This document shows, piece after piece, positions 60,101-64,000 of a DNA stretch of 64,000 bases (position 1 is the stretch's first letter; each line of letters starts with the position of its first letter). The notes below the pieces were generated by a model. The model saw only the letters and a list, made by a program, of their open reading frames with translations. It had not been told where the DNA came from and did not search any database. The position numbers and the translations under genes were made by a program. The DNA comes from Armatimonadota bacterium (GTDB taxonomy: Bacteria > Armatimonadota > HRBIN16). Location: the NCBI GenBank assembly GCA_963677485.1, contig OY781964.1, forward strand, positions 1,824,001 through 1,888,000. Direction: 5' to 3'.

Positions 60101-61054
60101 ACGCAGATGCTGACCTACAGCGGGCGGACCACATATAAGATGCAGCAGATAGACATGCGGACACTGGTCATGGAGCTGGTGGATCTATTACGCGCGGGCA
60201 TATCCAAGAAGATCAAGTTTCAACTTCACATACCTCCAGGTCTTCCTTCTATCATGGCCGAAGATGCACAGGTCAGGCAGGTTTTGGTCAACATCATCGT
60301 CAACGCCAGTGAAGCCATCGGTGATAATAGCGGTACAATTTCCGTATCGGTCAAAGTACAGCATTGCAGTAAAGAGGTGCTAGCTCAAACGGTGCCGCTT
60401 GATGATGTATTGCCTGGTGAATACATGGTCTGTGCCATATCGGATAATGGCTGCGGAATGGATGAAACGACGATTAAACGCTTGTTTGAGCCGTTCTTCA
60501 CCACCAAATTTACGGGGCGCGGATTAGGTCTGAGCAGTGTGCTGGGCATCATCAGGGGGCACAAAGGGACCATCACGGTGGACAGTATAGTGGGCAAGGG
60601 CAGCACTGTCAAGGTATATCTTCCTGTGGACGTCGTCCGCCCAGAGATGCCGTTGGAAGAGGAAGCAACCGAGATCGGTGCCTGGCGTGGTAAGGGTACA
60701 GTGCTGCTGGTGGATGATGAGGAATCAATACGTGAGGTGGGCCGTCAGATGCTGATCCACATAGGGTTCGATGTATTGACCGCATCCGATGGACGGGAAG
60801 CCATTGAGGTTTACCGGGGATTTCAGCAGCAGATATCGCTGGTGTTGCTTGATATGACGATGCCCGACTTGGACGGTGTAGATACCTTTAGAGCACTTCG
60901 GCGTATGGACCCGAAGGTTAAGGTGGTGATCTCGTCTGGCTACGCTGAGAAGGATGTGGAGTTGAAGTTCGCGGCTGAGCATGTGGATGGGTTCATTGCT
61001 AAGCCATATACACTGGCGGAATTACGCGATCATCTGTATCGGTATCTGAGATAG
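57158..61054 (+). CDS. Membrane hybrid histidine kinase (5TM-LYT-like, multiple PAS, PocR, HK, receiver)
   Basis: N-terminal TMs; PAS repeats; IQKIQDTFAKTSGVAS...PSNYCALCRDVIR (PocR); GGIAHDFNN; receiver VLLDMTMP. Confidence 0.92.
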   Translation: MLVAAGFLLNAVLLICIIIISVRWVAGVSKRSVVHQLLLGLLFGVVCIILSLAASNSPIDARPVFLFISAMFTGWLPAVVAALISLLHGVISENTSMLPVMLAGVLLISVASGWLSSKLLKNITWRAILLASYISHLLTIGYLLLFHEVSYLRTLLPGVNSSSQTAGIVVALALGPIVAAICGFVIIRFRKWLLLEEKRQKQAQYFRSIYNNLNAGLFHCDLEGRYLDMNKTMAHILGFDDPGEAIECCASDSEDIAPAMQSVRDTLALCAEEGQIRDHEMKMPNYLGDEKTINISIWKLPKTDDGQTVYEGLAVDVSTQTAIQKQLQESEAKYRSYVQYAPLGVTVTNRGLQYLEANDAFCRIFGYSEQELLSMTVWQIFAPEELDTVLWCKQELTSKGSVTAIMKCITKTGDAVYCRVDTVMLSEDRLLGLVTDNTEVMRARQDLEIQKQVTINLIDSEQAGYWDWNIEKQTMYLSPGLVSMLGYENGDFADGFDLLETVLFPEDRPEIQDSIDMHIDSHATVPFHHKMRLKHRDGHTIWGVGSGYIAEWNNDNRPIRMAGSYADVSAMKAAEDEIVSLNHQLKEKLSDLERPSGNTSALGFTDLFDIDEIQKIQDTFAKTSGVASVIVDVAGYRITRPSNYCALCRDVIRGCQLGKKHCIAISEMMNTSHPDTPMIRYCMDGCMLEGSASITIDGRHIATWMFGQVMDETADEEQMMQYAAELGVDELQYAQALPFVNKMSRSQFESVGQTLQAIADQLSQQAVQNAKQALYISERRQAERALRASEQRYQQLFNEMSSGFVVAQVILDANGLPLDFRFVRINKQAEIILGFRADDVIGKTSREIFPHIENRWIQRFCDVAMTGHPIEFQEFFAPTSRYYQVHAYMPEPLHFAVVFDDVTDKITAEQERKLLEQRMEQTQKLEGLGVLAGGIAHDFNNILMSIMGNADIALLDTLPQSTAYECLDEIKNSSNRAAELCTQMLTYSGRTTYKMQQIDMRTLVMELVDLLRAGISKKIKFQLHIPPGLPSIMAEDAQVRQVLVNIIVNASEAIGDNSGTISVSVKVQHCSKEVLAQTVPLDDVLPGEYMVCAISDNGCGMDETTIKRLFEPFFTTKFTGRGLGLSSVLGIIRGHKGTITVDSIVGKGSTVKVYLPVDVVRPEMPLEEEATEIGAWRGKGTVLLVDDEESIREVGRQMLIHIGFDVLTASDGREAIEVYRGFQQQISLVLLDMTMPDLDGVDTFRALRRMDPKVKVVISSGYAEKDVELKFAAEHVDGFIAKPYTLAELRDHLYRYLR

Positions 61055-61229
61055 CCTTTCGGAGCGTGGCGTTTGTGATGAAAGCTCGAGTCACTTGGTA
61101 GCCACTGCCTAGATCGATGCAGTCTACCTTGACCCATGCTGCGCATATTGAATAGACTACATCAAAGAACAACGGTTCCTGCATCGCGCGACAGCAACTC
61201 GCACTTCATATCGGAAGAGGTAATAGAAA

Positions 61230-61802
61230 ATGCCGGTAAGCGTTAAAGTTCGGACGAAAACACTCATCATACTCATCGTGATCATAGTCACACTATCGGC
61301 TGTCTGGTGGTTATTGCCATCAGGCATCTACCTGTATGGCAACTACGGCTTGGATGTCACCGTGACGAAGGGACGGGTCAACGGAATCATGGCTTCACCA
61401 GATGCCGGCTTTTCATCATGGGGTGCTCTTGGTGCTGGTCAAGAGTCCAAGGAGGAGTTGGCTCAGGAAGCGAAACAGCATCAACAATGGATATATTCCC
61501 ATTTGGACCTACGCGGATACAGGTATGGGATGAGCCGCGATGATGTGAAGGCGAATGCCCGAAGGCGCGGTGACCGCATGGCCCCTGAAAGCTCAATGGT
61601 TAAAACGGAAGATGGCACGACCTTGATGTTCTCCTACGATGACCAGCAAAAGCTGAACACGGTGGTGATTTATTGTATTTACGGTCCTAAGCTGGGATTT
61701 CGTCAGGGCAGTACCGTGTGGAGCATGAAACGGGCGATCGGGGAACCGAGTTTCGTCTTGCGTAACAGGGCTCCTTTGCCCATAATAGACCGGCCTTTAT
61801 AG
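61230..61802 (+). CDS. Membrane-anchored hypothetical protein (paralogue of next gene)
   Basis: N-terminal TM; IYSHLDLRGYRYGMSRDDVKANARRRGDR. Confidence 0.75.
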   Translation: MPVSVKVRTKTLIILIVIIVTLSAVWWLLPSGIYLYGNYGLDVTVTKGRVNGIMASPDAGFSSWGALGAGQESKEELAQEAKQHQQWIYSHLDLRGYRYGMSRDDVKANARRRGDRMAPESSMVKTEDGTTLMFSYDDQQKLNTVVIYCIYGPKLGFRQGSTVWSMKRAIGEPSFVLRNRAPLPIIDRPL

Positions 61803-61832
61803 TGGGAATAATATCCGCTGGAGGGATCATCT

Positions 61833-62408
61833 ATGCCTGAATACGTAAACATTCCAGTTCGAAAAACAGTGATCATTCTGTTGGTTATGATATTGGTGGT
61901 GATCGGCGTCAAGTGGAGCCACCGTAGTAATAGACAAACAGAGATACTTCGGTACGATCGACTGGGCCTGGAGGCTATGATGGTGGGCAATAAGCTGAAC
62001 GCCATTTCGGTGTCGCCGGAGGGCCCAGCATGGACATGGGCTCAGTACCAACCGCCGCAAGATACAGCTATCGTGATGGCGCAGAAGAGGCGTGTTAAGG
62101 AAAAGTCGATCTATTCACAGATCGACTTGCGCGGATACAAGTTTGGTATGACCATGGCGGAGGTACGGGCGAATGCAAAACGACGGGGTGACCGCATCGA
62201 ACCCGGGTCCGAAATCCAGACATTGTTTCTAAAAGATGGCACTCAGATGTCATTTGGCCTTGAAAGCAACCATGTGATGTATATCCTGGTGGCTGGTTAC
62301 TTCGGCAATAAATCTGGCATCAAGCAGGGGTGTAGTGTGCGCGATATCAAACGGGTTTACGGTAAGCCCGATTTTGTGATGGATTCGAGCTCGGGTAACA
62401 TCTTCTGA
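61833..62408 (+). CDS. Membrane-anchored hypothetical protein (paralogue of previous gene)
   Basis: N-terminal TM; IYSQIDLRGYKFGMTMAEVRANAKRRGDR. Confidence 0.75.
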   Translation: MPEYVNIPVRKTVIILLVMILVVIGVKWSHRSNRQTEILRYDRLGLEAMMVGNKLNAISVSPEGPAWTWAQYQPPQDTAIVMAQKRRVKEKSIYSQIDLRGYKFGMTMAEVRANAKRRGDRIEPGSEIQTLFLKDGTQMSFGLESNHVMYILVAGYFGNKSGIKQGCSVRDIKRVYGKPDFVMDSSSGNIF

Positions 62409-62494
62409 AGGCTCAGGCCATTCACCTCACTCCGAATACATTCCGGTAATATTGTGGTCACGCGCCTAATACAACACATAGGAACACACAGAAA

Positions 62495-62995
62495 ATGAAA
62501 CACGAAGATATCATACGCATGTTGAACCTGGTGCCGCACGATGCCGAAGGCGGCTACTATCGCGAGACTTACCGCAGTGCCGAAACCATCAGCGGCGATA
62601 TGCTCCCCAGCCGGTATGGTGGTGCCAGGAGCATGGGCACGGCGATCTACTACCTTCTCACCACCGATTCTTTTTCGGTGATGCACAAGCTGGCTTCGGA
62701 TGAAGTATTCCATTTCTACCTGGGTGATCCTGTCGAGATGCTGCAGTTGTACCCAGACGGCTCGCATAGCATCGAACTGTTGGGCAGCGATTTGGAGGCA
62801 GGGCAGCATCCGCAGTTGGTGGTGCCCACCGGAGTGTGGCAGGGATGCAGGCTTGTGCCGGGTGGGCGGTTCGCGCTGATGGGAACCACCGTCGCACCAG
62901 GGTTCGAAATGGCCGACTTCGAGACCGGGTCATTCGAGGAGCTCACCGGGCTCTATCCCGACTGCACAGAGATGATCCGAAAACTGACAAGGTAG
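62495..62995 (+). CDS. Cupin_5 (DUF985) protein
   Basis: EGGYYRETYRS, TAIYYLL, SDEVFHFYLG, PQLVVP.GVWQG, TVAPGFE motifs. Confidence 0.92.
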   Translation: MKHEDIIRMLNLVPHDAEGGYYRETYRSAETISGDMLPSRYGGARSMGTAIYYLLTTDSFSVMHKLASDEVFHFYLGDPVEMLQLYPDGSHSIELLGSDLEAGQHPQLVVPTGVWQGCRLVPGGRFALMGTTVAPGFEMADFETGSFEELTGLYPDCTEMIRKLTR

Positions 62996-63085
62996 GGAGG
63001 GGTAGCCTTACCTATCAGGTCGGGCTGGCGATATGGATCACGGTGGAGGTTCGTGAGATGCCTCTTTATTTCATACATTACGATA

Positions 63086-63200
63086 CTTTCACTATAGAGT
63101 GAAAGAGGTAATATTCATGAAAATATTGGTGATATTGGCCATAATCGACTATATATTCACTAATTTGCATTATTTCACTATATTATATAAATGGTGAATA
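63086..63200 (+). promoter_or_regulatory. AT-rich promoter with TTCACT inverted/direct repeats (candidate antitoxin operator)
   Basis: CTTTCACT-ATAG-AGTGAAAG at 63086-63105; further TTCACTA copies near 63155 and 63174; GTGAATA near 63194. Confidence 0.5.
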
Positions 63201-63202
63201 CA

Positions 63203-64000
63203 ATGAGAAGTGACCCTGTATCATATACAGATGCGGAAACCGCGCTTCGGTGCTGTCTGGATGAGGTGCCGTTTATCACGGTTCAGCAACTTGGTGCTGC
63301 CGATTCTGCGTACCCCGGTTTGGACTTTCAGGCCAACCTGCTGGTCGGGGACAGGCCAATAGTGATATTTGCTGTCATCATGAGTGACGGAACCCCACGC
63401 ACAGTCAGGGAAATCACTGCCAGGGTATCAAGCTGCCTTGAGCGTGTACCGTTGAAGTCATACGGAGTGCTCATTGCCCCTTACATATCTGAAGATGCAG
63501 GCGCCATACCGCGCGAACAAGGTGTTGGGTATGTGGACCTTGCTGGTAACTATCAATTGTGCTTCGATCAGGTCTATCTGCATGTGCGCAAAGGCGAAAA
63601 GCCGATGGCTGTTAAGCAAACCCTACGCTCCATCTACTCCCCTAAAGCCTCACGCGTCTTACGCGTGCTGCTTGATGAACCGGGGAAAGTATGGAAGGTG
63701 CAGGAAATGGCCGAGAGCGCGGGCATCAGCCTGGGGATGGCCTGGAAGGTCAAAGATCAGCTATGTGCCAGGGAATGGCTTCAGGTGCAGAACAAGGATC
63801 TTGTGCTGACAAGACCGGAAGCATTGCTCAAGGAGTGGGCGTTGAACTACAAGCCTGTGCCTAAAGAGAGCATCTACGACTTCTACTCTTTCCACAGCCC
63901 AAGCGAGGTTGAATTCCGGCTTGCGGAAGTGTGTAAGGCGCGAAGCATCCCATACGCACTTGCTGAGTTCTCCGGCGGGGCACGGTATGCACCGGTTGTC
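63203..64000 (+). CDS. Type IV toxin-antitoxin AbiEi-family antitoxin (partial)
   Basis: Manual translation: IAPYISE...GVGYVDLAGN...SIYSPKASRVLRVLL...wHTH...PEALLKEWA...YALAEFSGGARYAP; open to the window edge. Confidence 0.8.
   Translation, partial: MRSDPVSYTDAETALRCCLDEVPFITVQQLGAADSAYPGLDFQANLLVGDRPIVIFAVIMSDGTPRTVREITARVSSCLERVPLKSYGVLIAPYISEDAGAIPREQGVGYVDLAGNYQLCFDQVYLHVRKGEKPMAVKQTLRSIYSPKASRVLRVLLDEPGKVWKVQEMAESAGISLGMAWKVKDQLCAREWLQVQNKDLVLTRPEALLKEWALNYKPVPKESIYDFYSFHSPSEVEFRLAEVCKARSIPYALAEFSGGARYAPVV

Noticed and set aside
63474-63809. 111-aa ORF in the track
   Set aside because: Out-of-frame overlap with the AbiEi-like CDS
1-64000. rRNA, tRNA or a recognisable riboswitch
   Set aside because: None recognised by eye; an Infernal/tRNAscan run would be needed to exclude them formally

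Overview
Bacterial chromosomal segment (about 55-60% GC, diderm; the dockerin-like/APHWLRK secreted protein suggests Armatimonadota, which is inference). Left 31 kb: a secreted-fibre module (dockerin-like protein plus two NYQGRL paralogues) and a glycan-utilisation region (GH29 fucosidase, two NPCBM-domain hydrolase paralogues, large uncharacterised secreted enzymes, AraC regulator, sugar isomerases, Tat sulfatase). Right half: LPS genes, CheBR plus PocR hybrid kinases, S2P-lepB-fabI, PGM, glycogen debranching enzyme, RRM protein, bcp, MFS, cupin and a truncated AbiEi antitoxin. Best-supported non-obvious signal: an IS621-like IS110 element (47159-48956, minus strand). Its bridge RNA can be read directly, with target guides matching the GTAG-type REP palindrome it interrupts, donor guides matching its own ends, a CT core at both junctions, and a TTGACA-17-TACGCT promoter formed only on circularisation. 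Its recombinase is frameshifted. Intergenic DNA holds at least five palindromic repeat families, including a 5-unit 167-bp tandem array, a nested insertion and a gene truncated at a repeat. No rRNA, tRNA or CRISPR array was seen.
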